Source: Squalus acanthias (Eukaryota). Taken from it: DNA of 64,000 nt. The position numbers were made by a program, and so were the translations under genes. Location of the stretch: assembly GCA_030390025.1 (NCBI GenBank), contig CM059431.1, forward strand, positions 119,166,001 through 119,230,000. Direction: 5' to 3'. Below, one piece after another: positions 1-13,687 of the stretch. A model generated the notes under the pieces. It saw only the letters and a program-made list of their open reading frames with translations, searched no databases and was not told the DNA's origin. Every line of letters starts with the position of its first letter. Positions within the stretch are counted from its first letter, which is position 1.

Positions 1-285
1 CTTTCAAACTCAATATAAAATTCTCTCATATTATGATCAGTCTTCCCTAAAGGTCCCTTTACAACAAGGTTATCAATTAACCCTTTCTCGTTGCACAATA
101 CTAGATCTAAAATAGCCTGTTCTCTAGTTGGTTCCTCAACATACTGATCTAGAAAACTATCTTGCATACATTCCATGAATTCGTCCTCCACACTATTACT
201 GCAAATTTGGTTTCCCCAGTCTATATGTAGATTAAAGTCCCCCATGATTAGTGTATTACCCTTGTTACATGCACCTCTAATTTCC
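1..285 (-). mobile_element. CR1 LINE ORF2 fragment (AP-endonuclease C-terminal part)
   Basis: Minus strand reads IMGDFNLHIDW...FLDQYVEEPTREQAILDLVL...LGKTDHN, i.e. the GDFN and (S/T)DH APE motifs. Confidence 0.85.
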
Positions 286-773
286 ATCTAATATCCTGGA
301 TGTCTGATGCTAGTAGAATCCATCCTCGACTATTCCTTATTTTTCCTCATCATCTTCTTCTTCCTCTTTTTCAGAGAACAAAAATTTTAGTCAATAATAT
401 GATGTGCATGAATCATCAGTTTAATTTGCATAAGAAAATAAGAAAAGTCATGGATGAGAAAAGGCCATCAAAAAAGCCATTCCAATAATTTATCACTCTT
501 TGTTTAAAAAGGATTTTCCTGCTATCTATTTTAAATTACTTTTCACTGATTTCCACTTATGTCCCGTGGCCCTTCTTTCTTGGTTTACTTTGAAGTACTA
601 ATCTGATTTAACATATCTATACCATTTAAGATTTTATACACTTCAATTTCTAGACTGTAAAATTTTATAGTTCACCTCATTTTTATTTGGAATAAAATTG
701 TTTTTCTTTTCTGTCCCTTTGCTAATGCAAGGTTATCTATATTCTGGTCCAGCGACCAAGCTTGAACACAATA

Positions 774-964
774 GGGGGCAATTTCTGACTTTGCACTCCC
801 AATGGGGAGCTTCACCCACCAAGAGCATATTATCAAAATTTTGGGTGCGCACTCCCTACAGTCTTCTGACCATTGGAAGATCATGCATGGTGCCCAAATT
901 TCCAATATGCGCTCTCAGAGGGTAATGCTCCCTGTTGAGAGTGCAAAGTTGGAAAGTTACCTCC
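774..964. mobile_element. Short Harbinger-type MITE
   Basis: Imperfect ~29-bp TIRs: GGGGGCAATTTCTGACTTTGCACTCCCAA vs reverse complement GGAGGTAACTTTCCAACTTTGCACTCTCAA. Confidence 0.55.
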
Positions 965-967
965 AAT

Positions 968-1855
968 ATAGAGAGAAATTATTTCCTCTGCTGAGGGAGT
1001 CCAGAACAAGGGTCATCACCTTAAAATTAGAGTTGGTCATTCTGGCGAGATGACAGGAAACACTTCTTGACACAAAGGATAGCAGAAATCTGGAACTCTC
1101 TCCCCAAAGAGCTGTTGAGGCTAGGTCAATTGAAAATGTCAAAACTGAGATTGTTGGATTTTTGTTAACAAGGGTATTAAGAGATATGGAACCAAGACAC
1201 AGTTTTGGTCTCCTTATCTAAGGAAGGATATACTTGCCTTGGAGGCGGTGCAATGAAGGTTCACTAGATTGATTCCTAAGATGATAGGGCTGTCCTATGA
1301 TGAGAGATTGTGTAGAATGGGCCTATACTCTCTGGAGTTTAGAAGATTGAGAGGTGATCTCATTGAAACATACAAAATTCTGAAGGGGATTGACAGGGTA
1401 GATGCTGAGATGTTGTTTCCCCTGGCTGGAGTGTCTAGAACTAGTGGGCATAGTCTCAAGATAAGGGGTAGGCCATTTAAGACTGAGATGAGGAGGAATT
1501 TCTTCACTCAGAGGGTTGTGAATCTTTGGAATTCTCTGCCCCAGAGAGCTGTGAGTGCTGAGTTTTTGAGTATATTCAAAGCTGAGAAAGATAGATTTTT
1601 GGACTCTCGGGGAATCAAGGGATATGGAGATCGGGCGGGAAAGTGGAGTTGAGGTCGATGATCAGCCATGATCTTATTGAATGGCGGAGCAGGCTCAAGG
1701 GGCTGTATGGCCTACTCCTGCTCTTATTTCTTATGTTCTTATGTGCTTATGTTTCTTAATAGATTAATAGGTATATAGATTTAAGACACAGATTAACCAT
1801 AATGTAATTGAATAGCAATTGAGGGGCTGAATAGCCTACTGCTGTTCCTATGATC
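968..1855 (+). mobile_element. Old CR1 3' end interrupted by a younger CR1
   Basis: EKLFPLLRESRTR-like CR1 C-terminus at 968-1195; its 3' UTR (gaggggctgaatagcctactgctgttcctatg) resumes after 1757. Confidence 0.65.
1197..1757 (+). mobile_element. CR1 LINE 3' fragment
   Basis: ORF 1269-1652 GLYSLEFRRLRGDLIETYKI...FFTQRVVNLWNSLP; (TTCTTATG)n-type tail. Confidence 0.92.
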
Positions 1856-2289
1856 TTCCTTTGATAATATTCTTAGTGCATTCAGGCTAATGCATCGTAA
1901 AACCTTTGCTTCAAATTGAGGACATAAGTCTGCATCTCTTGAATTTGAAGAAAAGCTTTTAGAAGAATTGGCTAAATTAAGAAACACTCAAGGCACAAAT
2001 TATTTAGTACATTTATTTTCCAGTGAAGATTTTAGTTCTGCCACTAATTCCTGGATCTTGTGGAAGCTGTGAGAACTATTTGGCCCTGCATAATATATTG
2101 TCACGTTACTCTTGTAACCCATCCTCGCATTGGTACCACATCAAAACATTTAATAATAATTCAAAACAATTTACAACAGTACTCCTCATGGATATAAAAT
2201 TGCCTCAAATTTTACTGACTGGGTTGTAGAAACAATGAACATTGAGCAACAGGGAGAAAGGGAAGACAGTAAGAAAGATCGGTGTGAAA

Positions 2290-2760
2290 GCTAAAGACTT
2301 GGTCAGACAGAAGTGTTTTTTGGAGGATTTTGAAAGCAGAGAGGAGGAAAGGCACATGGATTTGAGGAGATTGTTCCAGAGGGCAGGCCTATTGTGGCTG
2401 CAAGGTTTGCAGTCGACGGTAGAACAGAGGGAGAAGGAAACAAAGAATAACCTGGAGTTGGAGTAATAGAGGATGCAGGAGGCATGTATGGCTGAAGAGA
2501 TTGATGAGGTGTGGTGGCACAAGACAGGTTTATGATTTTAGCTGGGGTGTGATTAGGAACTGGATGGAAGGATCAGGGGAACAGTTGGTGAGCTTCATAG
2601 ACAACACAGTGTAATGAAGGCTGGGTAGAAACAGTCTTGTGTGGAATGGATAGGATTTCAGTAAGGAAAAGGACACGAGGGAGGACTGGAGATTTAAGGG
2701 AGTAGGAAAGGGGAAAAGACAGAAGGCAGAGGCAACTGTGCGGATGGCCATAATTTTGGC
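2290..2760 (-). mobile_element. Degenerate L2-type LINE 3' fragment
   Basis: Minus-strand ..PALWNNL.. and resemblance to the L2 3' end at 24350-25565. Confidence 0.5.
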
Positions 2761-3548
2761 GCAATAAAATACATGAGTACCTCAGCAAATTCACTGGAGA
2801 AAGTCCCGATGGTAATAGTAAACATTCCAGGATCAGTTTTTATTGAGGCTATGTATTTCGAGTTGAGTTTACTGTGTATAAAGTTGCAATACTTTCAGCA
2901 TTGATAATTACTGGTTCTATCATGCTAACAGCATAACCTAAACATTAATCAAAGTAATATCAATACGAGCTCTCAACATCCACCTCACTCTGAACATTCA
3001 GCCATAAAGTGCAATCCTTTTGAACTGAGGTGATTTGGTTTGGCAGTGCAAGGATAAGGCTTACCCAACACAAAAGTGCTACTGAGTTGATATACAAAAA
3101 TGATAACTGAATCTTTTTGATACATGTGTAAAAATCCTGACAAGGTGATTTAAGATCCCCAATTTCTAAATTCAAATATTGATACATTTACAAGGTGACA
3201 TTTTTATAGGATTCATATTGTCTGTCGTAAACCTTGCATAAATTAAATGTTCTCAACGATTTGCACGGAAACATGTGGAAATTGTTTTGTATGGAAGACT
3301 GCTGCCTTTTAAATAGCTGCAGTCCTCATTCTATATAAATGCAAATCTACCTGCTGCAATGAAATGGAATTCATTAGTTTTCCTCATACCTGTGGCCATG
3401 ATCTTATTACACAAGTTGTATCACAGGATGTTATTAGTATGCAAAAATGACAGACCCATCAGAGAAATAAAACAAAAAACAATGTGACTGTTTTAAAATT
3501 ACCTATTTTTCATTTGCATATTGGTTCTCAAATGGTTTAATACCTTTG

Positions 3549-4882
3549 GGGGGAGAAATTCAGTGGGTTTGCATCCCCCAGGGGGCGATAACAGGGCGCT
3601 AGCGACTTACCGCCCAGGCGCGGCTAGATGAATGACTTCCGTTAACTTGGCCGGGAGGGTTGTGGCGGTGGTAATACTTTGTGCCATGATCTCCTGCGCC
3701 TAGAGATCGTGACGTCATTGCCGTGCACATCGCCCCGGATCCAAACTTCGGTTCCGCCCCCTGCAGCATCGCTGAGCGAAAACACCGACAGCTGCAGGAG
3801 GCGTTGTTCGGGAGGCCGGGCGCTTCGGGGGCAGAAGTTAAAGGGGAGGGTTTTTTTTATTCGTTTATGGGATGTGGGCGTTGCTGGAAAGACCAGGATT
3901 TATTGCCCATCCCTAGTTGCCCTTGAGAAGGTGGTGGTGAGCTGCCTTCTTGAACCGCTGCAGTCCTGTGTGGTGAAGGTACTCCCGCAGTGCTGTTAGG
4001 GAGGGAGTTGCAGGATTTTGACCCAACGACGATGAAGGAATGGCAATATACTTCCAAGTCAGGATGGTGTGTGACTTGGAGGAGAACTTGGAGGTGGTGG
4101 TGTTCCCATGCGCCTGCTGCCCTTGTCCTTCTAGGTGGAAGAGGTCGCGGGTTTGGGAGGTGCTGCAGAAGAAGCCTTGGCGAGTTGCTGCAGTGCATCT
4201 TGTAGATGGTGCACACTGCAATCGTGGTACGCAGGTGGTGGAGGGAGTGAATGTTTAAGGTGGTGGATGGGGTGCCAATCAAGCGGGCTGCTTTGTCCTG
4301 GATGGTGTCGAACTTCTTGAGTGTTGTTGGAGCTGCACTCATCCAGGCAAGTGGAGAGTATTCCATCACACGCCTTACTTGTGCCTTGTAGATGGTGGAA
4401 AGGCTTTGGGGAGTCAGGAGGTGAGACACTCGCCGCAGAATACCGAGGTTGCCGAGGTAAGTAGGAAAATTTCTAAAAAAAAATGTGCAATTTTTTTCAT
4501 TTCTCCTGGGCTGCGATCGATTAGACAAGCACTCTGCTGGAGTGCATGGGGCTGATCGGGCCGAATCACGGCTGCCATCGGGCACCAGCTAACTGGTCCC
4601 AATGCCGAGCCTGCAGCGATGGGCCTTCCCTTTAAGGGAAGGAAGGAGCTTTGGATCGTGGCAGCGCTGCATGGGAAATTGTGCAGTGCTGCACCACTAC
4701 CGCCCCGCCTGCGTCCTTTAGCACCCCAGGATGGAAGTGGAGCGCTTATTTAGCACTCCACTTCCTTCCTGGAGCGCTAAACCCAATTTCGTGAAAGTTG
4801 GGAATCATTAGCGCCTGGCGCTAACTTTCCCAGCTTTCAAAAGTTACCGCCTTCAAACGGGGCGATAATGAATTTCTCCCCC
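3549..4882 (+). mobile_element. Harbinger-type MITE (family A) carrying a LINE insertion
   Basis: Perfect 13-bp TIR GGGGGAGAAATTC; TTG on both flanks; collinear with the uninterrupted copy 15755-16513. Confidence 0.88.
3850..4444 (-). mobile_element. 3' fragment of a poly(A)-tailed CR1-group (L2/Crack-like) LINE
   Basis: LGILRRVSHLLTPQSLSTIYKAQVR..MEYSPLAW; same family as 44885-46558 and 60855-63058; A-tail at ~3850. Confidence 0.85.
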
Positions 4883-6089
4883 TTGTTCTTAATTAAAATG
4901 TTGCTTAATAGTTGCAGAAGATAAAACGATCAAAGCTCAGTCGTAATGAGTATTGAAATGCTGTATAAAATAACTCTCCTAAAATAAGGCTGGCCAGAGC
5001 TGTATAGCTCATATTTAATTTATTATTTTAATATAATATTAATATGGAAATTGTACAGTCTAGCATGACGCATTGTTCATTATTGTAACCTTCCTGAGTA
5101 GTTCTTGGCAGCTGTTTAGTAAAAGGGTGTATCCCCTGTAGGAAATTTACCACCATCACTAACTGAGATCCAGCACAGGCTGATGAGGTAACATCTCTCT
5201 CTAATGATCTAATTTGCTGCGTAAATAAGGAATGGCTCAGACTTGGTTAGTTTTGATTTAGTTCTCAATTTGAAAATTAATCAACAGTATAAAACGGCTC
5301 TCAAGTTTTGGCTCAATTAGCACTAATTCAGCAGTCTCACAGCCAAAGCAGGGAGCAATAGAAATATATATAAGAAAATCATTATGTTAGAGTTGAGGTA
5401 ACTCTTTTGTGGTTGGCGTTTATGTCCAATTTAAAAATAATGGAGAGGCAACGGTAACATTTAAAAAAATATATTTTTTGAGGGTCTCCCTGCACTATGC
5501 ATCTTACTACAGCTGCATGGGTCTCTGCTATGATCACCATCCATGCTACCCTGGAATCAAGAGATGAAATATAAAGTTACCATGCTGCTTGCTTTTCTGC
5601 TCCTCCTTGTGATTGAATGCTTAACTTTCGGGCAGTGTTCCATTGCTAGAGAACATGCAATGCAGCTAAGTTTAAGGTCCAATACAAAGGACCAGAGGGT
5701 AGATAAGCTTATGGCTGAAAAACGGGCACAATGCATACAAACTTCTACCCAACTGTCTTTCTGTTTGTTTCAAACATGTATTCTTCACCTTGTCACATTT
5801 TTAAACTACACAAATAGCATCATACTTCTCATACTGAATAATTTTAAAATTACTTAAATCTAATTTTTATCCAAGTTAGATATTTAGCCCTGAAAGTCTT
5901 CTCGAGTGCTTTTAGGGCAGATTTGGTGTGCAACAGAACTTCTGCCCAGCCCATGGGAGCATTCTTCAGGAAATTGCAGGCAGATAGTCAAAGATTCTTG
6001 TCAATTCAATTTGTCCAATCGAGAAGTCAACATTAAATTCTTGGGACTCATCCATTAGGGTATAGCCATTCAGGTTTTGCTAAGATTAT

Positions 6090-7481
6090 GGCTGGAATTT
6101 TCCTTACCTAGGCGGGTCCGGTGCGGCCGGTGTCTGTGGCAGGTAGCAACCCCACTGCTGGCTCTCCATCCCGCTGTACAAAATGGACTTACCTTAATGG
6201 GGCCGATGAAGCCCGCCCAGCTTATTACCCGGCCCAATTAGGTGGAGCGGGTCTGGTGACATCATTCGTGACGTGTTTCAAGCCGGGATCCTTCATGGGA
6301 CCCTGGCCATATTACATTTTAAGTTTAATCTAACATAGTGGGTGTTGAATCTTTACTATACAATAATATAATAAAAGAGACATATGAGTGACAAAGAAAC
6401 ACTTAAATAACATTATCATTAAGTAATATGACTCCATCTACAAATATAATCAGGAACATAATTAAAAAAGTACATTAATTGGGAAGTTATTGGTGTTTTA
6501 GTCACAAATCTATAGACTTTTGTATCAGTAACTGATACAAATAAAAGATGTGTGTGTATAGATAAGGCATAAAATTAAGCAGATTTTAAATATAATAGTA
6601 AAGGGGTGGATTTACAATCTTATGCAAGTTCAGCAGAAGAGCTGCGGAATCCCTGGCAAACAGTGTAAGTGGTGCTTACAATGTGTTTCTGGGATTTCTG
6701 CAGCTCTTCCATTGAAGTTAACAATGGACAAGTGCGAGAACCTCTGCAGAAATTCACCCTAAAATCTCAGACTGAAAAATTAAATTAGTCATATTCAGGG
6801 ACTGAAAGCAAATTGAACCAGTAGAATGAGTGATGAGAATGAAATTGTTATGGTTGATGACTTGATTTAACATGTAACTAAACAAGCACAGTATACTGTG
6901 AGAAAAACCTGACCAGAAACATCACAAAAATGTATTTAAATGGTATATGTCATTTTTTATAGAGCAGATCAATTCACTGCAATTACTGTTGAGTTGGAAG
7001 GCAACAACCAAGAATGGCCAGTGAAAAATGTATTTCCCTCACCATTTACATCCCTTCAAGAATTTCTGAATTAACATTTACTAGTAGCTTTTTAAGTAAA
7101 ACAGAATCTCCATCAATCTGTTAGCTGATGTAATCAACATGTTTTTATTTTGGTTTGTTTTCCATGCTGTCAAGTAATCAGCTGGAGCTCGACTTAGGTT
7201 GACAGACATGGTTCCCGAGCTGTGTGAATCCCGTGGCTATGCAGGGAAATTTAAAAAGTAGGGGTAAAAAGGCCCTTAAGTGCCTGTAAAGTACCTCATA
7301 ATGATCTCAATTGGGTCCCCTGCCGCTGCAGATCGGGTCAGCTCCATGATGACAGATGCGCCTGTGGGAAAGGCATGTGGGAGCAAGTTGACAGAGGGTT
7401 CCTGACCCGTTGTAAAAAAAACAACTTTCCCACCCAACCAGCCACCGATTGTGCCCGCTACCACCATGGAAAATTCAGCCC
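6090..7481. mobile_element. Harbinger-related ends (possibly one degenerate element)
   Basis: GGCTGGAATTTTCC at 6090 and GGAAAATTCAGCCC ending at 7481; 7170-7481 resembles the right end of element 48232-52502. Confidence 0.45.
6603..6760. repeat. Palindromic MITE-like hairpin repeat
   Basis: Internal stem gaagagctgcggaatccc...gggatttctgcagctcttc; related short palindromes at ~40575-40715 and ~47480-47625. Confidence 0.5.
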
Positions 7482-7747
7482 TTTGGCTCTATCGGGCGGT
7501 ATACTGGTGGATGAAAGCAAAAATGGGATGGGGAGGCCTACAGCAACCACTACTCAAAATGTTCCTGCCCCCAGGAGAGATTTCAGCCAATGACCTTTGA
7601 CCACCCCATTGCATTTAAATAACAATAGGGGCAGGGTTAAGGAAACTGGACAACTTTCTTGCCTCCCCAGTTGAAGTGTGGCCAACCCCAAGAAGAGTGG
7701 TGGCAGCATAAATTGGGCCAATGGTGGGAAGCCCACTGATGGCCCTG

Positions 7748-7920
7748 TTGTCAGCCTTGGCTCAGTAGTACAACTCTCAATTCTGAATCAGAAGTGTCTG
7801 GGTTCAAGCCCCATTCCAGAGGGATGAACACACAATCCAGGCAGATACTTCAGTGCAGTACTGAGGGAGTGCTGCACTATTGGAAGTGCTGTCTTTCAGG
7901 TAATGTAAAAGATCCTGTGG
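7748..7920 (+). mobile_element. DeuSINE (SacSINE1-like) 5' part
   Basis: tRNA-like head (tggctcagtag; ggttcaagccc) followed by cagtgcagtactgagggagtgctgcact. Confidence 0.65.
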
Positions 7921-7984
7921 AACTGAGGTTTCAAAGGTTGCTGGATAAATGTAGGTTCTTTCCTTCTTATTGCAGGGAGAGGGC

Positions 7985-8170
7985 TTGGTAGTGGGTGTAC
8001 AATTGTTCAGATTGCCCCTAGACTACAGGTTATTGTCCTGATAGTGAATTAGTGATTCTTGTTGGAAAGTGTGCATGTGTGGACAGTGGGTGAGGATAGG
8101 AATGGGCTGGGCTCTGATGGCCCCAGGGCTCACTGACTATGCTCAGGCATGAATTATAAACTTGGCCAAG
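7985..8170 (+). repeat. Unclassified ancient SINE-like repeat (related pieces at ~9600-9850, ~11130-11290, ~11345-11600)
   Basis: Shared motif gtgtggacagtgggtgaggataggaatgggctggg seen in both orientations. Confidence 0.4.
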
Positions 8171-8666
8171 GCATGGAAGGGCAGCCAGTGCCTCTGGAAC
8201 CAGACCCGAGCATGAGGCTCTCTTTCTCTGTTCTGCTCCTAAACCTGGGCCAAAGATCCCAACAGCTATGGCACAGCATTCTTACAAAACTTAAGCAAAG
8301 CCTTTGGGGCACTCCTGCCCCCTTTAATGGCTCCTTGCCTCTTCCTGGCACTCCAGCGGGTGTCCCGCTATAGCACCACTGAGCCTTCCCCGCTGGCTGT
8401 GGCAGGCCTCTTCTGTGTGGTGGAGATCTTGCTGTGAGCTATAAAATGGCCCAATCCAGGAAAATGGGTCAGGTTCGGTCAGCAAACAGACTGCAACAAA
8501 ACTGAACCAGATGAAGAACCCCGCCCATACTTGTCAAATTTATAGATTAGAAATTACTGTTGGTGATGGACGACTTACCCATTTGTATGGCATTCCTCTG
8601 TCTTCTATTTCAACAGGGGTACTTAATTACGTGTCAACCTATTTATTTTAAATCGGTTAATGTCGA

Positions 8667-8775
8667 CATTTCCTACACTGCAACAGTGACTACACTTCAA
8701 AAGTATTTCATTGGTTGTAAAGCGCTTTGGGACACCCTGAGGTCGTGAAAGGTGCTATATAAATGCAAATCGTCC
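8667..8775 (+). mobile_element. DeuSINE 3' tail
   Basis: acttcaaaagtatttcattggttgtaaagcgctttgggac...gtgaaaggtgctatataaatgcaa; reverse complement of the tail at ~27890. Confidence 0.65.
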
Positions 8776-9985
8776 TTTTATTCAAATAGCGGTCAGAGGA
8801 ATGTCATATGAATGTGTTAAGAATTCATTCCCTTATATCGCTAACAGTAATTTGCAGCCATATTTATGCAACCTAATCTCCTTCTACCATTGTAGATTTA
8901 TTTCATAAGTAATTATATTTTTGGATTTGCTTTTCACAAACGATGATTTTCTTTTTTGCCTTTTAATTTGTCGATGGCTCTGCACGCACACCTGCACGCA
9001 AATGAAAATGTTGTGGAATACATCTGGGTTAGACTTGTGGATGTGTGGTCAAAATTATAAGGATGAAATTAAATTTGAAGCTGTAATTACTAAGAGTCCA
9101 GATGTAGCACACTCCAGAAAAATTGACATTTTTCACTGGCAGCTTGCTTGTTCCATTCATTCTAATGAGATAGACTGCAGTTGATTTCACAAAATTGAAC
9201 GTTAAAATCGAACAACTGTAAGTTCTGATGTCTTTTTAAATTCATGACTAAACTGATTTTTTTTTGTCACGACTAGTCGCACAGAATGAAGAGTCACACT
9301 GGGCTAGAAGAACACAGGAAAGATTTCATCTGTTTGCTTTTGTAGCAGAAGTATAAATGTATAAAATTCACATTTATGCATTTTTCACAAAATTAAAACA
9401 GAGGAAGTGTTGCCTCAGTATCCTTACTGCTCCTTGATCTGGACTGAATCCAGCACAGACAGATTGGATGAAAGTTTGTTCTTGCTGGCAGCTCCGAGGG
9501 TACTAATTGATATTAATGTTGGTAGATTTTGTTTACTCCCCTCCTCTCGTGAAGATGGTAACTCATGGTGGGTTATGATTCAACAACCTCAGGCTGACTT
9601 TAAATGTCTTGGCCAGGTTCCATTGTTCATGTGTGAGCCGAGACACTGATCCCTGGAAGCACCAGGGTCCAACTCATGCGCAACCTCACCCACTGTCCAC
9701 ACATACACACTCACTAGCACAAATCACTAATTAGCTATCAGGCCATAAACATTTGTCTCGGGGCACTTTGGAGAATTGTACACCCCTATTAGTGACTTAT
9801 ATGAGTATAGAACAGACCAAAGATTGAACCTTCCTGGTCTGTATGGCTCCACTACACCCTGCTTTTATTTTTCACCAACCAGTTACCGCTCCTCTTATCC
9901 TGAGGGCATTGGGTCTTAATAGTTTACAGTTCCATAGGTGATGGGTGTCCTCCAACCTTTTCCAAGTAACCACTATTCATGTATT

Positions 9986-11100
9986 GTGAAGGAATAAGCC
10001 ATATAACCTATTCAGAAAAATACACCATCTTATAAAAGAAATCTGGCCTTATTAAAACATGACAAACTGGGTTTGGAAATTTACAAACCTAACTATGAAA
10101 TAGCTGTGAAAGCATTCTGGCTAGTGAGATAAGGCAGTTGTTGACCCTGAATAAATAACCTTATTGAAACAGAAGGTGAAGGGCTCCGACAGGCTGACGT
10201 TTGGGAACAAAAACAATGGTTCACCATGGATAAGGTGTTCTAATTTACACTTTGTAAAGAAGCACATAAAGTAAGGAACATCTGCCCTCGTAAAGATGAC
10301 ATCAAGCAAGGAACACCTGCCGTCACACCGTTTTTTACATGGTAAACTTAGAACACCTAGAGATGAGACACGAGTCTGGCTGAAGTGGCAGTAAGAGGTG
10401 CAGAAATAGGCAGAAAAATGACTAGAGATAATTAGCTTGCATCAGCAGAAAACCTTAAAGGACATATCACTGGAAAAGGGTATAAATATTGAACTCTCAA
10501 ATGGGATAGTAGACTCGCTTTAATTGAGCAAAGCAATTCTCGGCTTCAGAGGCGGCTCTGTAAGTCTCCAACTCTTTGTACCTCGGGGATCAAAGGTGTT
10601 TGATTTTGGTGGATATCCTGTAGAACACTTAGAACTGTAAAACTGTAGTGAAGTTAAGATTTAAAAGTAAGATTCTCTGATAATAAGATTGTAAGTTTTC
10701 TCTTTTTGGAACTGTTAATGTTGCGATTGACTCACCAACTGCAAATTAAATGTCGGTTGTTTAATAAATCTATATATTTTTAGAATTGTCTTACATATGA
10801 CTTCTGTATCAAAAACTCACAAACTCAATCTCTGTACACTCTTTGGTGAGGAGTTGCAGAATTCTGAGGTAGTTTTCCGGACCCTCATAATATCCGGAAT
10901 GTTACAGTCTAGCTAAACTTATTAAAAGTGCTATCTGGAGGACGGTAACATTCTCGGTTGTTCCTTTTCTTTAGGGAGAATAGTCCGGACCTTTAGTCCC
11001 AATTAAGCATCTTTAGGATTCAGCTAACTCAAACTTTAGTTGAAAGTGAACGTCTTGAGAAATACGCCTGATCCGGGGTAACCCTAAAGCGGCTAGGACT
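9986..11100 (+). mobile_element. Possible solo/partial LTR
   Basis: TG start, short internal repeats, TATAAA at ~10481, AATAAA at ~10763, ...TGTACA then TGG at ~10843; no partner LTR or TSD seen. Confidence 0.35.
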
Positions 11101-12061
11101 AGTAATTATCCCTTCAGTATAAGCTCTGATAGTGAAAGCTGGTGGGCAATTTGACTGAAGAGGAGCATCATAGCTGAACCCAATCCTATCCTCACCCAAT
11201 ATTGACATATGTTCACTTCCAGCTGGTGTTGATGAGTAATGATCAGGATAATTAGTCTTTCCATTCCTTGACCCTGAAGCATGGACACTTCTTGTACTAA
11301 AATGGGAAACAAAAAATCTTCATACCTTGGTGAGCAATGCACCATTTGGTGTTATGCTGAGCCATTCAGAACAGCAAGATCCCAGTTTTGATCTTTGGCC
11401 TGCTCTGTTAGATGATGTCAGCCAGGGAAACAGTGAGACCTATTGGAAAGTGTATGTGTGTGATTGTGTGTATCGACATTGGGTGAGGACAGAATTGGGA
11501 TTGGCTGCAAAGAATGTCATAGTCTAGGAGGTTGGCAAAAGTCACTATTCAAGCTCACATATGAAAAATGGTCTCTTGGGTCAGATACCACCTTGTTGAA
11601 ACATACCCCAGGATAAAACACATTCTTCAGCAGACAGCTGAAGGAAAGTGTTCTGTCTTCTCCTAGATTAGTGCAAAAAAAAATCAATTCCCCCACAAAA
11701 AGATTTCTAAACACTTCTTTGAACTTTAGTCTTTTGTAGTTATATTACTAGCAACAGGAGAATGTCAAGCGAAAAATATTACATATATAAAATTTGCTTT
11801 ATATACAGAATGAAAAGTAAGTGTTAATTTTAACCCACCATGTTGACAGGAATGGGACGGGCATCATTTAAATCGCTCGAATTGATTTACTGCCCCATTC
11901 CCCCTGCCATTTTAACTACTCATTTCATTTAGATGGCTGAGGTGCCTCCCAGAAGCAGGTGCTTCACAAATACATGCAAATTAGGGTCCTATGAAGTAAT
12001 TAGGACCCCAATGATATTTTAACTGTGTGGGACAGAAGCCCCGCTCCTAAGCCAACCCGTT

Positions 12062-12655
12062 GCAGGAATACGAAAACAAGGAAGTGATGCTAAACCTTTA
12101 CAAATCACTGGTTAGGCCTCAGCTGGAGTATTGTGTACAATTCTGGGTGCCACACTTCAGGAAGGATGTCAAGGTCTTGGAGAGGGTTCAGAGGAGGTTT
12201 ACCAGGATGAGGAACGTGAATTATGTGAAGAGATTGGAGAAGCTGGGATTGCTCTCGTAAGAACAGAAAAGGTTAAGGGGAGACCTAATGGAGGTATTCA
12301 CAATTATGAGGGGTTTTGATAGAGCAACTAGGGAGAAACTATTTTCTCTGGCAAGTGGGTCGGTAACCAGAGGTCATAGATTTAAAATAATTGGCAAAAG
12401 AACTAGAGGGGAATTGAGGAGAAATGTTTTCACACAGAGGGTTGTTAAGATCTGGAACGTACTACCTGCAAGTATGGTGGAACCAGATTCCATAGTAACT
12501 TTCAAAAGGCAATTGGACATGTATTTGAAGAGGACTAATTTGCAGTGTTATGAGGAAATAGCTGAGGCGTGGGACTAAATTGAAGAGCTCTTTGAAAGAG
12601 ACAGCACAGGCACGATGGGCAGAATGGCACCGTTATGTGCTGTAAGATTCTATTT
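12062..12655 (+). mobile_element. CR1 LINE 3' fragment
   Basis: LYKSLVRPQLEYCVQFW...FTQRVVKIWNVLP. Confidence 0.9.
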
Positions 12656-13687
12656 CAATGATTGGCTTCAGGCACCAACTACCTGACTCACTGGAAGCAC
12701 TATTTAAAGGTATTCTGTGCTATTGTGCTAAGCAGATTTCCAATTGATTTTTGAACTTCCAGGTTGCTTGTTTCTGTCTTTTTGCCTTGTTCACCCTGAT
12801 TAAGCTCTCACAGCTTATCATGGATGCTATTTTTGGTTCAATGCTTTGAATAGAAGAACAGTTGACAGAAGAAGAGGAGTATCAGCAGCTCAGCAACCAG
12901 TACAAGTAGCAGATGAGGCGGGCTACTCATAGAAGTCCTTACCCAGCTGCCAGAGTCTATAGGCCAAGAGTCAGTTGCCTGGATATGACTGAGAAGCACA
13001 GCATTAGGAAACTGCACTTCACCAGATAATGAAGACTCGGAAGCTGCTATAAAAAAGACACTGCGCACCAAAGTGCCAAATGTGATAAATTTGATTCCTT
13101 TAATGTCAAACATAATAATTTCATGAATTAATTTCTCACCCAATTGTCAACTTATAATACCTTCTGAAAAGATTGTTTACTAACTACCATAGCTATGAAG
13201 TTCTCTCCTAGTGGCTTCAACAAAGACTGCTGTTCCTCATATTGGGACCCTTGAGCTGCTCGTGGCCCATGACTTCTGGGTGGTTGGACATGTGTAGGCC
13301 CCGCTGTAGACTGCAGCACTTTGGTTGCTTCCGAGGCAGTCTGGCGCTATGGTGTGTATTGGTTGAGGAGGAGGTGAGGGAACAGACATGTTGATATCCT
13401 GAGAGAGGACAACACTGCCACTCCCATGAGGCTGAGGCTCATCAGCCCCACTGATCTGTGGGAGAGCACACTGCAGGAGATGAGTGCCGCTTTGAAAGCC
13501 TCTATCTATTTCTCCCGCCAGCCTCTCCAAGGTGGAGCCTGGAGTTTGGATAGCAGCTGTTTGAACTTCCACCAAAGCTGCAAAACGTGCGAACATAGAC
13601 TCCTATTGTGAGGAGTATGTTTGTGCTGCAATAGTTACATGCATAATGCTATTTTGATTGCAGTGAAGGCAGCAAGCAAGTGCTGAG

